NCBI GenBank assembly: GCA_030867685.1
Contig: JAQOWU010000008.1
Span: 3,906,001 to 3,970,000 of the forward strand
Length of the DNA: 64,000 nt
Direction: 5' to 3'
Source: Wickerhamiella versatilis
Lineage: Eukaryota
Shown here: piece after piece, positions 47,927-59,809 of the stretch
Layout: the number at the start of each line of letters is the position of its first letter
How positions within the stretch are numbered: the stretch's first letter is position 1
Made by a program: the position numbers and the translations under genes
The notes under the pieces: model-generated
The model's database searches: none
What the model saw: only the letters and a program-made list of their open reading frames with translations
What the model was told of the DNA's origin: nothing

Positions 47927-50197
47927 TTACTGACTGGCTAAGCCCGCGTCCTCAGGCATTAGCACATGTAGAAGTCCAACCTCCTCAAGGAGTCGTTTAT
48001 GGTTCGGAACAACGGCACCAGGTTGTAACAACACCATACGGATTTTGTTGATAGCGACATGGCGTTCCAGACTAGTATCTGGAAGCCCCACGGTTAGTAG
48101 TCGATACAAAAACATTGGTCCGTGGGCAGGGTCTTGGAGTACTTGCTCTAGCGCTGGAGGCACTGCATCCGAAGTTGGTTCAAGCAAAGTGTTCAAAAGC
48201 AACCTACCAGCGGCAGGATCTACTTTGTTCGTGATCACCTTCAAAACCGTAAGGCCTGCCAACTTCGAAATGCACATCTGGCTTAGATGAGGCACTAATT
48301 GGGCGGCAACAAGCCCCCAGCGTTGAGGACCCGCTAAAGGATAAGTATCAAGGAGCCATGTAACGAGAAGAACACCGTTAGGATTAACAGCCAGCTGTGG
48401 GGTATGGTGAATGATCGCTGCCGCGACAAGCCGCTGGTGCTGCTTGGTCGTGTGTGGACTCTCAAGACATGTACGAACCGCTCGTGCACCGAATCTCCCG
48501 GCAGCAATTTCCGGCAGATGCGTAGCGCACGCCTCGAACACCCAGTCATTCCAGGGAGCACCAAAACGAAGGCAGCCTTGGATGACGTAGTTGCCAAACT
48601 GGTCCAGAAGAAGACCGACCGTGTAAGGCTGCAACGCCTTAGTGATCATAGAAAACTGCCGCTTGGTATTCGCAACTCCAATCACCTTTTGTGTTGCCCA
48701 TGTGCCATTCTTATGGGTACCGGTATAGGCAAGGACCGGCATCAGAGCCCGCGTCATCATGTCCTTGATATCCTCTGAGCAGCGTTCAAAAAGTTGCTGA
48801 ACCACGGTATTCCCGATATAATCGGAGGCGAGTTGGGGTAGTTCACTCATGGCATCCAAAGCCAGCTCCTCCAGCTCTTTTGGCCCTATAGCACCCATAT
48901 CAATCCTTTTCCGAGTCTCCCTCAGGATACCACTACCATAAACACGTTCCTGAGTGGGCTCCTGGGGTCCGATTATTTCTTCTGTAACAATAAAATCCTC
49001 GCCACGCTTGAGCGCAGCCATAGAAGATGCAACCTCGACAGGCGATACCTCTAAGCTTTGCAGGATATATGCTATACCAGAGGATGGTGGCGACCCAGGG
49101 CTTGTCGTCTTCAGGGGTGGCGTAAGGCTGCCTTCATTAGGCTTTACAAGCTTGACAACGCTGGGACCGAGGCCGGCAAAAAGCTCTGTTCCGTTCCTAG
49201 CTGCTTGCGCAGCAGCCGCACTTGAAGGTTCCTGGAAGGTCACGACTCCGCAATGTTTTAGAGCATAAACCCGGGATGCTTCTATGCGGCCGAAAACGCC
49301 AAATACAGCCTGTAGCGTGTATTCCGTGATATTATGGGGCACATTCGAGATCCAAATCGTATTCGTTCTTAAGGCAGAAGGATCCTCTGTAACCACAGGT
49401 GGCCCATTCGGTAATTCATGCATAGGTTGACGTTGCTTCCCGAGAACGCCTAGTGGAAGATTATTTGTAGCTGTGGGTACATTTGATAACGTTTGAGCCC
49501 GCGGACGAGCCCAGTTCAATGGCGAAGGTGCAGCCATATGACCTAGGTGATTAACGGACAATTTTGACGCAACGGGCGGTACACCTGCTGCAGCAGAGCT
49601 AGCTGGCGGAGCGCCCGGTGCTGCGGACCCTACGGGCATTACTGGCTTGTCATATGCTGCTGGAGACGTCAACGTGTAAGAGCGCAAACGGCTGGGTTCC
49701 GAGCTCTTCTGTAACTCAATATTATAAAATCGCATAGGATCTTGGTCATCGATTGTCTCCGGCCCAACGGACGAGGCGGGCGAGAGTGAGCTGGCACCTG
49801 CAGAACTACTGGACCATATGCTATTTGAAGGCATAAATGGTCCAGCAGCCAGCGAATTCAGCGACCCACTGCGTACCCGAGCTGAGTTTGGCCTCATTAA
49901 GTTGTCCACAGTGCCCCTTCCCGGAAGGAATGGGCGCCTGGGTGGGGAATGATTATCCCATAGCACATCGTTGCCGTCCGGCGACAACAGCGCGAGGGAG
50001 CCTAACTGGTCGGGGGGATTTGTAGGAGTTTGTGTATTGATCGCTGGCATACGTGAGGGGAGAGTACCTGCTCGAGCCCGCCGAGACGGCATTTGATGCT
50101 GGACCGCTGGCCACCTGTCAGACCAAATAGAGAGTCCAGGTGGCGTTTTAGTCCCGGCCTGCCGGGTTGCAAAGTCCTCAGGATCTAGTGCCGGCAT
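47927..50197 (-). CDS. JSN1: Pumilio-family RNA-binding protein with RRM (Jsn1/Puf1-Puf2 class)
   Basis: RRARAGTLPS, RRM (TIWISNVP...CGVVTF), Puf repeats (DYIGNTVVQQLFE, HKNGTWATQK, DQFGNYVIQGCL, RFGARAVRTCLE). Confidence 0.85.
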   Translation of the reverse strand: MPALDPEDFATRQAGTKTPPGLSIWSDRWPAVQHQMPSRRARAGTLPSRMPAINTQTPTNPPDQLGSLALLSPDGNDVLWDNHSPPRRPFLPGRGTVDNLMRPNSARVRSGSLNSLAAGPFMPSNSIWSSSSAGASSLSPASSVGPETIDDQDPMRFYNIELQKSSEPSRLRSYTLTSPAAYDKPVMPVGSAAPGAPPASSAAAGVPPVASKLSVNHLGHMAAPSPLNWARPRAQTLSNVPTATNNLPLGVLGKQRQPMHELPNGPPVVTEDPSALRTNTIWISNVPHNITEYTLQAVFGVFGRIEASRVYALKHCGVVTFQEPSSAAAAQAARNGTELFAGLGPSVVKLVKPNEGSLTPPLKTTSPGSPPSSGIAYILQSLEVSPVEVASSMAALKRGEDFIVTEEIIGPQEPTQERVYGSGILRETRKRIDMGAIGPKELEELALDAMSELPQLASDYIGNTVVQQLFERCSEDIKDMMTRALMPVLAYTGTHKNGTWATQKVIGVANTKRQFSMITKALQPYTVGLLLDQFGNYVIQGCLRFGAPWNDWVFEACATHLPEIAAGRFGARAVRTCLESPHTTKQHQRLVAAAIIHHTPQLAVNPNGVLLVTWLLDTYPLAGPQRWGLVAAQLVPHLSQMCISKLAGLTVLKVITNKVDPAAGRLLLNTLLEPTSDAVPPALEQVLQDPAHGPMFLYRLLTVGLPDTSLERHVAINKIRMVLLQPGAVVPNHKRLLEEVGLLHVLMPEDAGLASQ

Positions 50198-51421
50198 GTC
50201 CCTCTAACTTTCAACCTGTGGGTGTAGTCTGCGGTTGGGAATAGAGGGGGTATTACAATTGCTGACTGACAGTGGCTTCGGCAGCATGACCTGGGGCTGC
50301 CGCCGCCTGGATGACAAATGCCGGGTCCGGCTCCTAGCAAGGCGTCACAATTATTTGAATTTCGCATCTATCTATATGAAAAGAATGAATAGATAAAATT
50401 TTGATAGATGTTATAAGACTATTCGTGGAATTTGATCTTACTGCTAATCTCACAATAAAAGCTTTGTATAGTAGGGGCGAGGTGACTAGATCCTTACGTT
50501 TTACCTTGACTTTTTGACCTCAACCGGTAGAGGGACCAAAATTTCCCGCTACATCCATTGCCTAGGTGTTGAAAGCATATGTTCTAATAATATCCGCAAA
50601 GTGGGCACCGACACGCCTACGACGCCTACGACGCGTCTGAAATATTATGTTATCCGCCGCAACAACGATGCAGTGCTCGTAGGTGCTCCCAACGGAATTA
50701 TAGCCCTTGCCCTGAGCACATTAACTCTCTATGGTAACCGAGTTAACACACATACACAGGCCACGTGTGTTTCCTAAATTAGAATTTCTTTAAAATCTTT
50801 TTTGTCATAGAGTTTTGGAGTCTCTAAACGAATATTGCTTTAGGGATAAAAAATTACAGCACTAGGTTATGGAGCTCATCGTTTACCGACTGCTTGGGGG
50901 CGGAGCGTTAACCTTTCTGATTAAGCATGTGTATACGAGCTGTGACACATCCTGACGGAAAGATTACGCGGCTGTGGATAACGTCGGATGGACCGCCCTC
51001 CCCCGCCGCAGATCTTCTGCTGGTAATTAAGCTACGTGGATAGGTGGAGTATGTTTGGAAAATTCAATTACCTAGTCCTCTACCGTACCGATGATCATTT
51101 TCCGGTGTTGACCTGAATAACCCAAATGGTCCTCGCGAACATGTGGGGTGGAAAATTCAATGGGCTACCCTTGCCCGACCTTTTGAGATGTATGAAAAAA
51201 ATAGAAAACCTAGTTCTAGCAGATAGACATTCGTTTATTTTGCAATATATCACATTTTACTATGATTAAAACATAGTAATGTTAGTTTTTATGCCTGCTT
51301 TTAATTACGACGCCCGATAAGTACCACTCAATCACCATGGTGATTGAGTCATCCCTCACCCCGAGCACGTCATCCCGGGTATATATATAATAAGGATGAG
51401 ATGCCGTACCTGACTTGACAG

Positions 51422-51787
51422 ATGATGACCGACCTGGGTTTCTTCCCACACTACTGCTGCGTATGCGATGCCCAGGTCCTTGATGGTGATGACCTTTATT
51501 GTTCGCAGGACTGCCGCCATGCAGACTCGGTTCCCTGTGACCGTCGGGCCGACCGACCAGTTGACGATTATGCCACAACATTTAAGTATCCTTCCGTGCT
51601 CCAGATGCATGAGGAAGAGCCAACGCCAATAGGCCCGCAGCTTCCGGCGCTTGATTTTGCGAGCTCTTATTCTGACGACGAAAGCGATTTTAGCCTTCCT
51701 CCAAGCCCTGTGCTTGTTCCGAGTAAACATGTTATGGCCAAAATCCCAAAACTTATTCAACTCACATCGCCTCGTCATCATATATAG
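51422..51787 (+). CDS. ECL1: Ecl1-family small Cys-rich protein
   Basis: F..YCCVCD......LYCSQDCR..D motif characteristic of Ecl1/2/3; TATA-like TATATATAA upstream. Confidence 0.75.
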   Translation: MMTDLGFFPHYCCVCDAQVLDGDDLYCSQDCRHADSVPCDRRADRPVDDYATTFKYPSVLQMHEEEPTPIGPQLPALDFASSYSDDESDFSLPPSPVLVPSKHVMAKIPKLIQLTSPRHHI

Positions 51788-52178
51788 ACTGTGGCTCTAT
51801 TATTTATCTACCGTTACCTTTTTTCTACGGGTTTTATCATTAGCATCCCCGATGAGTTACGACATTTATAAACATATTCATATAGATAACGCCAAGTTCA
51901 CTGGTAAGTTCAGAATGAGATTTTATCTTATGCCATTTTTTGTTTTTATAATATTCCCTGTTTATTTTTTTTTCTTGATTGATTAATTGATTGATTAATT
52001 GATTGAAAGATTATCCAGATTTCGGTAATCGATTAGGTAAGCTTCGGTAATCGCCGGCTCTCGGTAGTTGCCGATTTAACAGCCGCATCTGCGCTCGGTG
52101 GAGAGCTATAGCTATCTTACTTGCGAAAAAATAAACAACCACTCAGATATCTACCTATACACTAATATATATATCCTT

Positions 52179-55100
52179 TTAAATCGAGAGCCGTAGCCCG
52201 GCCGCTGCTGCACCAACCTGGGAGATACCGGTGATGGCACAAAGCTGGCCCTTTTGTGAGGCGTGGTAAGGCGTGAGGGTGTATGGATCCCGCTCTATGG
52301 GCTGACCTTGGTAAATGGGGGTTAGCGTCTTTGGACAGATATCAAATTGTGCGAATGTGTCGAAATCTATGTCTACAGCGTCAAGGGGATGCGAGTCACA
52401 CTTGGCCTTGATCTTGCGCACCTTGGACGCACCAGGACTCTTCGAGTCCAGCTTCAAATATTCACTGCAGAAATGGGATGCAAGTGCATAATTTTTAGAG
52501 CCAAACGCCTGCGTAAGTGCCACACGCAATGGGAGTGTTGCATGCGACGGACGCAACTTCGGTATGGTAAAGTATGATGCAAGTTCCAAGTTACGCTTGA
52601 CATCCGATGGAGGCAACTTCCTTCTCTGTAGCTCGATACTGAACGCCAAGATGTAATTACGGCAGGTTTCAATTATCCGCTTAAACTTTTCGACATCAGT
52701 TTCACTCTCCACGGCAAGGGTAGCTATAATGTAAAGAATATCACGGAATATCGATACAGCAAGTTCCAGTTGATTCGCCTTTACCTGGGAGAAAGCCTCG
52801 TGCAACAATTTCTCGACAGAGTCCGCGCCGGGAATGTAAGGATGCTTTCCTCCACTTCTCTGGACATAAAATTCGAGCGGGGGCAGTCCATCATGAGCTG
52901 TCATGTACAACTTAGAAGCACGGTAAATATCCAGAAATCGTGACTTTAGAGGTACAAAATTGACAACACCTATCTGCCGATTCAACAACTGCGCAGCAGT
53001 TTCAAAAGACCCGGCCGCAATGTGGTCGGCGGGGAGGGTTGACCCGCGCATCCAGAGCGCACGTATATCCTGCTCCTTCCCCGAGGATTCATCCACCTCT
53101 GCTGTGGTTTCCGCAACTTCCTCTCCCATTTCGACATCAAGGTCCCAATTATCCTCTTCCGCAGCTTCTTCCTCCTCTTCCTCGTTATCCTCATCAACCC
53201 CCAAAGCGTCGATCTCCGTGGTCGGTGGTACACTTGAATTTGCTGGTTTGATAGGCTGGTTGAGCAATTCCAAAGCATTATCGCGGTGCTTAAGGGGCCA
53301 GTTAAGTTCATATGTCCCGTGTGTGACACCAACTGCAGCCCTGGAGGCCACATCGTGTAATGTTGCCTTGGGGACAACACCTTCCGGCAATAATTCTTGA
53401 GTGCGCGAGGCGAGACCATGAGACTTGGCCAGGGCCCACGCAAGAGCGGGTTGTCTCATCTCCTGTAATAGCGCAACTCTTTGTTCAACAGAACCCGAGA
53501 ATAAGCTGGTTTGGAAGCGGAGGGCGGAGTCTCCCTGATGTTCAGCAACCTGTTCCAAACGCTGCAACCTGCCAATGTTTCCTGTGACGAGATACAACAT
53601 TGCCAGCTTGCCAAGGGCCTTCTGACGCTGATAGACACCTTCCAACACATCATGATTGCCCTGCTCAAGGGCTACTCGTGCCAAAATAGAGTCAGCTGCC
53701 GGTCCCAACGTCTTGGCTTGCTCGGTTGCCACTGTCAGATCACCACACTCTACTGCCAGGTCAAACTTCGTCTGCGGGTCACTTACAAACTCCATAGCGA
53801 TTTGTGGGAACCCTCGCTTCTGCAAATAAGCAACGATGGACTGTCCAACAAGCTGGCTCTCCCGGATAAGCCGACCGACCTCGCCAAATTGACCTGTCAC
53901 AAGAGCCCGTTTGAAACGATATTCGCTAGGATCGATCTTAACAACATGAATGTTCCCGCTACGGCTCAGGCAAAAAACTGAGTTGCGGCGCACGGACTCT
54001 ACGTATAGCGTTTGGTTCAGGGTCTTCAAAACTCCTGAATCACCATTCAACAAAGAATATTTGAGGTGGTTAAACGTGGTGAATATCAGAACACCCGCTT
54101 CATCCCATCCAACGCTCTTAATTCGGATAGTCTCACGAATCATGGAAAGCTGCTCCAAAGTATTGTCTGGCTTACGCTCCGCCATTATCACGCTGTGCTT
54201 GGCCTGCAGAGCCACATACTTGAAGTCATGAGACCATACCGCATACTTAACTCCGGGAGCATTCACTTTACCAGTGACCTTGCGCTGCTGGATGTCAAAT
54301 AGCACCACAGAGTTTGCCCCGAAGAGGAGTATGTGGCCAGGAGGGCCCGACGAAATGTGCTTGGTCTCAATCGGGAGCTGGATTGAGCGTGTCACAGAAT
54401 TTTCCATGTCGCGAAGCTCAAGTTGCTGTTTCGAGGGCTGGAAAACCGCAAAGCGATTGCGTGTAACAAATAACGCCTGAGATGCTGGGCCCTCAAACCA
54501 CGAGGAAGGCTCAACAGGCCCATTTTCTGGCAGTCTGGCAAACACATACAGCCCATCACCACGCTCATCACGGGTGGTAGCAAGAATAGCATTCTCTGCA
54601 GCATTATAACTAAGTTCCCGCATAGGTTGCCACTGACTGCCGAATTTTTTAAGACTCAAGAAGGCACGGTCGGCACCACCAAGCTCATACTGCTTGATTG
54701 TTTTCTCCTTACGGACAACATATAAAATGCGGTTTCCATGAACGACGGCCGGAGGTCGCTCACGTTCCAGCTTGAAAACTATGACACCAGAGTCATGGGC
54801 GGCCCCTATTAGGTTCATGGTGGGGTGGAATCGTACAGACCAGAATTTATCATTTTCACGCTTGAAACTATGAAGTTGGACACGGCGGTTAGAATCCCAG
54901 GTCCTCAGCGTCTTATCCGCTGAACAACTCAAAATGAGATCTTGGCTTGGATGGAAAACACCACATGTGACATCATCACTGTGTCCCCGGCACGTGTCAA
55001 GCTCCCAGGCCCTGGCTTCAGACATACGCCAGACCTTGAGCGTACGGTCGTCCGAAGAGCTTAGGATCAAAGGAAGGTTTGGATGGAACTCTACCCAGGT

Positions 55101-55754
55101 CACACCACGGTCATGGCCTTGAAGCACCCATTTGCACACCGCATCTGTGCCGAAGATATCGTCCTGCCCCGGGCCGTTTATAGGCAGCCCACCCACAGGC
55201 GGAATACCCATCTCGCCGAACCCACCTGGCGCAGAGTGTCGCTTCCGCAGTCCACTTATGTCCCAAACACGCACGTAGGTGTCAAGAGATCCACTGACAA
55301 TCAGATCTTCGTAGGGATGGAACTGCGCGCAGCAAACCCAGTGGTTGTGGCCCGTTAGGCAGGCTATTTCCTGACGGTTTTGCCAATTCCAAATACGGAT
55401 GGTTTGATCATCCGAGGCACTGACAATCCAGGGGAGCTCTGGATGGAAAAACGCTGTACGCACATAGTCAAAATGGCCTGTAAGGGTGAAAAGCAAGCGG
55501 CGGCTTGAAAGCGACCATACACGAACCGTGGCATCGTCACCACAAGATACAAACATTTGCTGTGTCGGATGCACGTCCACACCACGAACGGGTCCCTCGT
55601 GGCCCTCAAATCTGTCGATAACCGCACCCATACGGTAATCCCAGAGTTGAATAGTTGAGGTATATAGGCCCACGAGAATCCACGGTCGAGATGGATGGAA
55701 AGCCACGGCCTTCGCACGCGACGACCGCGACTCAAATTTCGTGAGCATCTCCAT
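52179..55754 (-). CDS. COP1: Coatomer subunit alpha
   Basis: MLTKFESRSSRAKAVAFHP, WD40 repeats, GQSIVAYLQKRGFP, HIAAGSFETAAQLLNRQIG; ATG at 55754. Confidence 0.96.
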   Translation of the reverse strand: MEMLTKFESRSSRAKAVAFHPSRPWILVGLYTSTIQLWDYRMGAVIDRFEGHEGPVRGVDVHPTQQMFVSCGDDATVRVWSLSSRRLLFTLTGHFDYVRTAFFHPELPWIVSASDDQTIRIWNWQNRQEIACLTGHNHWVCCAQFHPYEDLIVSGSLDTYVRVWDISGLRKRHSAPGGFGEMGIPPVGGLPINGPGQDDIFGTDAVCKWVLQGHDRGVTWVEFHPNLPLILSSSDDRTLKVWRMSEARAWELDTCRGHSDDVTCGVFHPSQDLILSCSADKTLRTWDSNRRVQLHSFKRENDKFWSVRFHPTMNLIGAAHDSGVIVFKLERERPPAVVHGNRILYVVRKEKTIKQYELGGADRAFLSLKKFGSQWQPMRELSYNAAENAILATTRDERGDGLYVFARLPENGPVEPSSWFEGPASQALFVTRNRFAVFQPSKQQLELRDMENSVTRSIQLPIETKHISSGPPGHILLFGANSVVLFDIQQRKVTGKVNAPGVKYAVWSHDFKYVALQAKHSVIMAERKPDNTLEQLSMIRETIRIKSVGWDEAGVLIFTTFNHLKYSLLNGDSGVLKTLNQTLYVESVRRNSVFCLSRSGNIHVVKIDPSEYRFKRALVTGQFGEVGRLIRESQLVGQSIVAYLQKRGFPQIAMEFVSDPQTKFDLAVECGDLTVATEQAKTLGPAADSILARVALEQGNHDVLEGVYQRQKALGKLAMLYLVTGNIGRLQRLEQVAEHQGDSALRFQTSLFSGSVEQRVALLQEMRQPALAWALAKSHGLASRTQELLPEGVVPKATLHDVASRAAVGVTHGTYELNWPLKHRDNALELLNQPIKPANSSVPPTTEIDALGVDEDNEEEEEEAAEEDNWDLDVEMGEEVAETTAEVDESSGKEQDIRALWMRGSTLPADHIAAGSFETAAQLLNRQIGVVNFVPLKSRFLDIYRASKLYMTAHDGLPPLEFYVQRSGGKHPYIPGADSVEKLLHEAFSQVKANQLELAVSIFRDILYIIATLAVESETDVEKFKRIIETCRNYILAFSIELQRRKLPPSDVKRNLELASYFTIPKLRPSHATLPLRVALTQAFGSKNYALASHFCSEYLKLDSKSPGASKVRKIKAKCDSHPLDAVDIDFDTFAQFDICPKTLTPIYQGQPIERDPYTLTPYHASQKGQLCAITGISQVGAAAAGLRLSI

Positions 55755-55916
55755 GACGTGGAATGCTAATGCTGACAAATCCTCGAGAGGTACAGAAGAC
55801 TACTAGATTATAAAAGATAACAATTATCTTCTCGTATATAGCTACATAAATAAAGTAGGTATAAATAGGCCTTCGCTAAGGCTTGTACTCATCAGGAATG
55901 ATTTCTACAAGGAGAT

Positions 55917-56489
55917 TCACAAGACCTTTGCACATATGGATAAGGTCCTCTTTGCCCGTCCTAACGTCTTTTCCACCCGATGTAAACGCTCACCGAGTTC
56001 CTTGGATTCCATTTCGGGCAATTCCCACGGCTGAGGGTCATTTGGAGGAAGATCCTCGTATGCTTCTCTGGCAAGATCATCCAGTTGCTGCCGCTGTACC
56101 TTCACGTAGTTTGCAAAGTGGTCTCGAGCCATCTTCGGGAGGGATTCCCGGAACCAGCAGTTTTCCTCCAAGATGTCGGTACATGTATTCACCTCCTTCT
56201 CGACCTGATCGCGCAGCGATGTATCGAGAGGGGTCACACCATCCTGGTCAAGACAATTATTCTCAAATACATCACGGCGCATCGCATCTGGTAAATCGTA
56301 TACGTCAAGAACATACCTGGCGCGCATAAATACTTTTTTGCCCAACGCCTCTGTTTCTGCCCAGGTCTCATCATCCCCATCCTCAGCACGGTCAAGTCCA
56401 AGATAAATCTCGTGTAAAGCTTCATGAAAATTCTGGTATAAGTGCCGAGTTTGCTCCACGCTCAATTTGACGCGTGAATCGGCCGACAT
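55917..56489 (-). CDS. Probable MIND/Mis12 kinetochore subunit Nsl1/Mis14-like (divergent)
   Basis: 190-aa helical protein; TPLDTSLRDQV...FRESLP resembles the recalled Nsl1 EPFDxxLxxxV...LRxxxP pattern. Weak recall-based match. Confidence 0.45.
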   Translation of the reverse strand: MSADSRVKLSVEQTRHLYQNFHEALHEIYLGLDRAEDGDDETWAETEALGKKVFMRARYVLDVYDLPDAMRRDVFENNCLDQDGVTPLDTSLRDQVEKEVNTCTDILEENCWFRESLPKMARDHFANYVKVQRQQLDDLAREAYEDLPPNDPQPWELPEMESKELGERLHRVEKTLGRAKRTLSICAKVL

Positions 56490-56814
56490 GGCCAGTGGCA
56501 GTTGTCCTACTACTACCAAACACGATTACGTGACGAATTATAACAGGTACATACATCGTAGTAGCCAGCTGCACCGTCAAAAACAATCTTGCAATGTCCA
56601 ATGGATTTAATAAAAGCGTTAGACAAGCCTGCGTTATGTCTTGTAGGATATTATTTGACCTAACTATGAAGTATTTGTGAAGACACCCAGAAGATTCTCT
56701 CGAATATATTTCTCGTTTCTGCATAAAGTTATATTCATATGCGGAAATAACCTGGTTGGCAATCAAGGGGTGGGCACTCTCTCTATCCTTATTTGGTGGG
56801 CCGGTAATCCTAAT

Positions 56815-58725
56815 ATGGTTAATTCTGGTGGAGATTTAGTCATCACGAGGATGGATTGCAGCACATCAGATTCTGATGGGTCCAGTGAATTCCGAAGTAT
56901 AAGATTCCAGAGTCGCAGTCCTTCCACAAGTTCAGTACAAAGCCAAAAGTCAGGCGTGTATGACGCGATTCCGCTTTTGCGTGCAACCCATATTAATGAC
57001 CTGCCCCCTGAGTTGATGCGGGAGGTACTTGGCCTTCTGGATAATATGCAGGACAAACTGGCATTCATGATGGTGCAAAAACGGTGGTTCGTCCTTGCTT
57101 TTGGGTCTGTATGGATGCGTCCAGTCATTCTCCAGCGTGAGACGCTTGAGACGATAAGCAATCTGTTAAGACAGAGTACTATCCCTGGACGGCCGTTGGG
57201 CGTACAATACGCGCAAATGATCCGTCGCCTCAACCTCAGTGCTGTCGCCAATGATGTTAATGACTCTAATCTAAGATCCTTCGCTCTCTGTCACAACCTA
57301 GATCGACTTGTGGTGGCGGGCCCCACACCGGAACAGAGACGTGAGCTGAATGGGTTTGTGAGGGGAGCTATACAGGCATTGCAGGAGGCAATGTCCCTCC
57401 TACCACCGCCACCAACAGCACACGCGTCGACAATGTTGCAGGAGGAGAATTCTCGGGTAGATGGGCTCCCTGCTGCGAATGAGGGCGGTCACATATTTCC
57501 GGGAAGTGGTCCAGCATTGGATGGGGAACTATCATTGAACCGAGAAGCTTCCCTACATGAAGAAACTCTTTGCGCAATAATTCAGAATAATCCACATTTG
57601 CATTCTATTGATGTCCTCACAGTTCCATTCATCACCGATGCATTCGCGGGTGCACTGGCATCATCGTGCCATGAGTTGCAATGTCTCTATGCTGGGGGGC
57701 AGATCACGGATCGAGGCATGAAATCGCTGGCTCAGATGTGCCCCAATCTCAAAAGAGTCAAGCTTTCGGGGTGTCCAGAATTGACAGCTGCAGGCATTCT
57801 AGATCTTGTCGAAGAGTGTTGTGGTCTAGTCGAGCTCGATTTAGGTGGGTGCTATTTCGCACAGCAAGGTGAGGGGCTTGACGATAGTGCTGCAAGCGCT
57901 ATCCTATGCAAGCTGCCGAACCTGAGAGAACTAAAGATCGACGGAAACCACAAACTAACCAAAAATGCCTTTGTTCTGCCAATGAGTGTGCGACTAGACA
58001 ATTTACGCTTATTGAGTCTAGGAATGTGCCATGGTATCACAGATGGTGCAGTCGCTCGGATAGTCGAGAATGCGCCAAAACTAAGGCATATCGTGCTGAA
58101 CAAGTGCCCTTCTATAACTGATAAGGCGCTTGATTTCATATCTTTCTATGGGCCCCAGCTGCATTACTTGCATCTTGGTCACTGCCATAATATTACTGAC
58201 CGCGGAATCCAGACCATTGTGTCCCATTGTATAAAGCTCCAATTTGTTGACGTGGCGAACTGTACACATCTCAGCAACGAAGCTGTAAGGGAGCTAAGCA
58301 AATTACCACGTCTTCGGCGCATTGGACTTGTTAAATGCAATCAGATTGATGATGAGGGGATCTTTGCCCTGGCACAGAGACCACCTGCTGAAAACACGCT
58401 GGAACGTATACATCTCAGTTACTGCTCATTAATTAGTGTTCCAGCAATCACAGCCTTGGTAAACTCCTGTCCTCGTCTCACACACCTTAGTCTTACCGGG
58501 GTGAGTAGCTTTATGCGCCATGATCTCATGCGTTTCTGTCGCATGGCTCCGTCAGACCTCACCCAACACCAACAGCAGGTATTCTGCGTTTACTCGGGGT
58601 CGGGCGTCTTGAGGCTGAGAGAATGCCTGAATGAACTTGCTCTCCAGACTGAGCTACAGGCTGCACGAGAGCGGGAGGAGGACGAGGAGATGGTCGATGC
58701 AGATGTCGCCCTGCTCCCTGTCTAG
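56815..58725 (+). CDS. GRR1: SCF F-box/LRR protein Grr1 (start 56815 or 56851)
   Basis: F-box (INDLPPELMREV), IRRLNLS, many Cys-containing LRRs, LRRIGLVKC, LERIHLSYC, LTHLSLTGV, QQQVFCVYSG. Confidence 0.92.
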   Translation: MVNSGGDLVITRMDCSTSDSDGSSEFRSIRFQSRSPSTSSVQSQKSGVYDAIPLLRATHINDLPPELMREVLGLLDNMQDKLAFMMVQKRWFVLAFGSVWMRPVILQRETLETISNLLRQSTIPGRPLGVQYAQMIRRLNLSAVANDVNDSNLRSFALCHNLDRLVVAGPTPEQRRELNGFVRGAIQALQEAMSLLPPPPTAHASTMLQEENSRVDGLPAANEGGHIFPGSGPALDGELSLNREASLHEETLCAIIQNNPHLHSIDVLTVPFITDAFAGALASSCHELQCLYAGGQITDRGMKSLAQMCPNLKRVKLSGCPELTAAGILDLVEECCGLVELDLGGCYFAQQGEGLDDSAASAILCKLPNLRELKIDGNHKLTKNAFVLPMSVRLDNLRLLSLGMCHGITDGAVARIVENAPKLRHIVLNKCPSITDKALDFISFYGPQLHYLHLGHCHNITDRGIQTIVSHCIKLQFVDVANCTHLSNEAVRELSKLPRLRRIGLVKCNQIDDEGIFALAQRPPAENTLERIHLSYCSLISVPAITALVNSCPRLTHLSLTGVSSFMRHDLMRFCRMAPSDLTQHQQQVFCVYSGSGVLRLRECLNELALQTELQAAREREEDEEMVDADVALLPV

Positions 58726-58783
58726 ACATTATAAATTATTACGTCCTTATAGATATATTATGCATAATTCATGGACTTACAGA

Positions 58784-59809
58784 TTAATCAAGAAGCTTTC
58801 GGTATTCCGAGTAAAGCACACGTAGGTGTGGCCTGTGGCCTTTTGAAGCAAATGCATCTATTAGTTTTGTCACATCCGATCTGACGGAAGCTAGTGTGCT
58901 TTCCGACTCTTTTGCAAACCGTGATCCATCGTCATAGCCAGCTATGAATAGCTCGAGGGGCCTGCTTATTGACTGCATGGACGCGAGTGCCACCTGGGTC
59001 CTAAACGACGGTTCGAAATGCTTGCCAACTGTGTAGTCCCCGGCATAGCCTAATTTGTCCAGCGTACGAAGAGCACTGTCGGGCAGGCGGGCTTGGATAT
59101 CAGAGGTAATATCAATAAAATCCCACATGTTATTTGTCTCAACGAAACCATACTCACATAGGAGGAACCCGTTCTCGTGCGGGCCATAGTTTAGACACAC
59201 CTCCTGCCCCTTTTGAAGACTCGGGGCTCGGACCACCATTGAACCTCTAATTGGGTGTCTCTCCACCTTAACGGAGAGTTCCTGGTGGCCAGTATGGTTC
59301 AAGAAATCCACAAACGGCGCCAGAGTCATATTTTCCTCCCGTGAGAAGCCAAGATCCCAATATAGACATCGCGAATTTACCTGCAACCAAGAAATTTTAT
59401 ACTGTTCCAAAGGCACAGCAGCTGCACCAAGCTCAAGCTTATATGCCTCATAGTCATACAAAAATTGCTGTAGCTGGTGTTCAGCTTGACTGCGATACTT
59501 TGGGGGAAGTTCCTCCCTCTCTGCATGACTCCAACATAAGGGAATACCGCTAAAATCAGTGGGTAACTGCTCGATCCACGGATCCTGCCGAGCACATAGC
59601 TCGGCAGCTAGCAGTTGATGGGAGGTTAATTTTTTATCCCTCAGGGACACAGTGTGGGCATTTAGAAGTTCATTTCGAGGAATTTCAATGATAACCTCAC
59701 CGAGCTTTAGGTCCTCTGTACATATTACCGAAGTACCTCTGTCCTCCAGTGTGCTTGTGGCGATTTTGGGTGATATATATGCTCCTCGACTCTCAAGCCA
59801 TGATCTCAT
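58784..59809 (-). CDS. RKM2: SET-domain ribosomal lysine methyltransferase (Rkm2/Set11-like)
   Basis: SWLQVNSRCLY, TLAPFVDFLNH, YGPHENGFLLCEYGF, LGYAGDYT, PSFRTQVAL. Confidence 0.72.
   Translation of the reverse strand: MRSWLESRGAYISPKIATSTLEDRGTSVICTEDLKLGEVIIEIPRNELLNAHTVSLRDKKLTSHQLLAAELCARQDPWIEQLPTDFSGIPLCWSHAEREELPPKYRSQAEHQLQQFLYDYEAYKLELGAAAVPLEQYKISWLQVNSRCLYWDLGFSREENMTLAPFVDFLNHTGHQELSVKVERHPIRGSMVVRAPSLQKGQEVCLNYGPHENGFLLCEYGFVETNNMWDFIDITSDIQARLPDSALRTLDKLGYAGDYTVGKHFEPSFRTQVALASMQSISRPLELFIAGYDDGSRFAKESESTLASVRSDVTKLIDAFASKGHRPHLRVLYSEYRKLLD

Noticed and set aside
51977-52006. TTGATTGATTAA short repeat between ECL1 and COP1
   Set aside because: Low-complexity AT-rich terminator sequence with no further structure.
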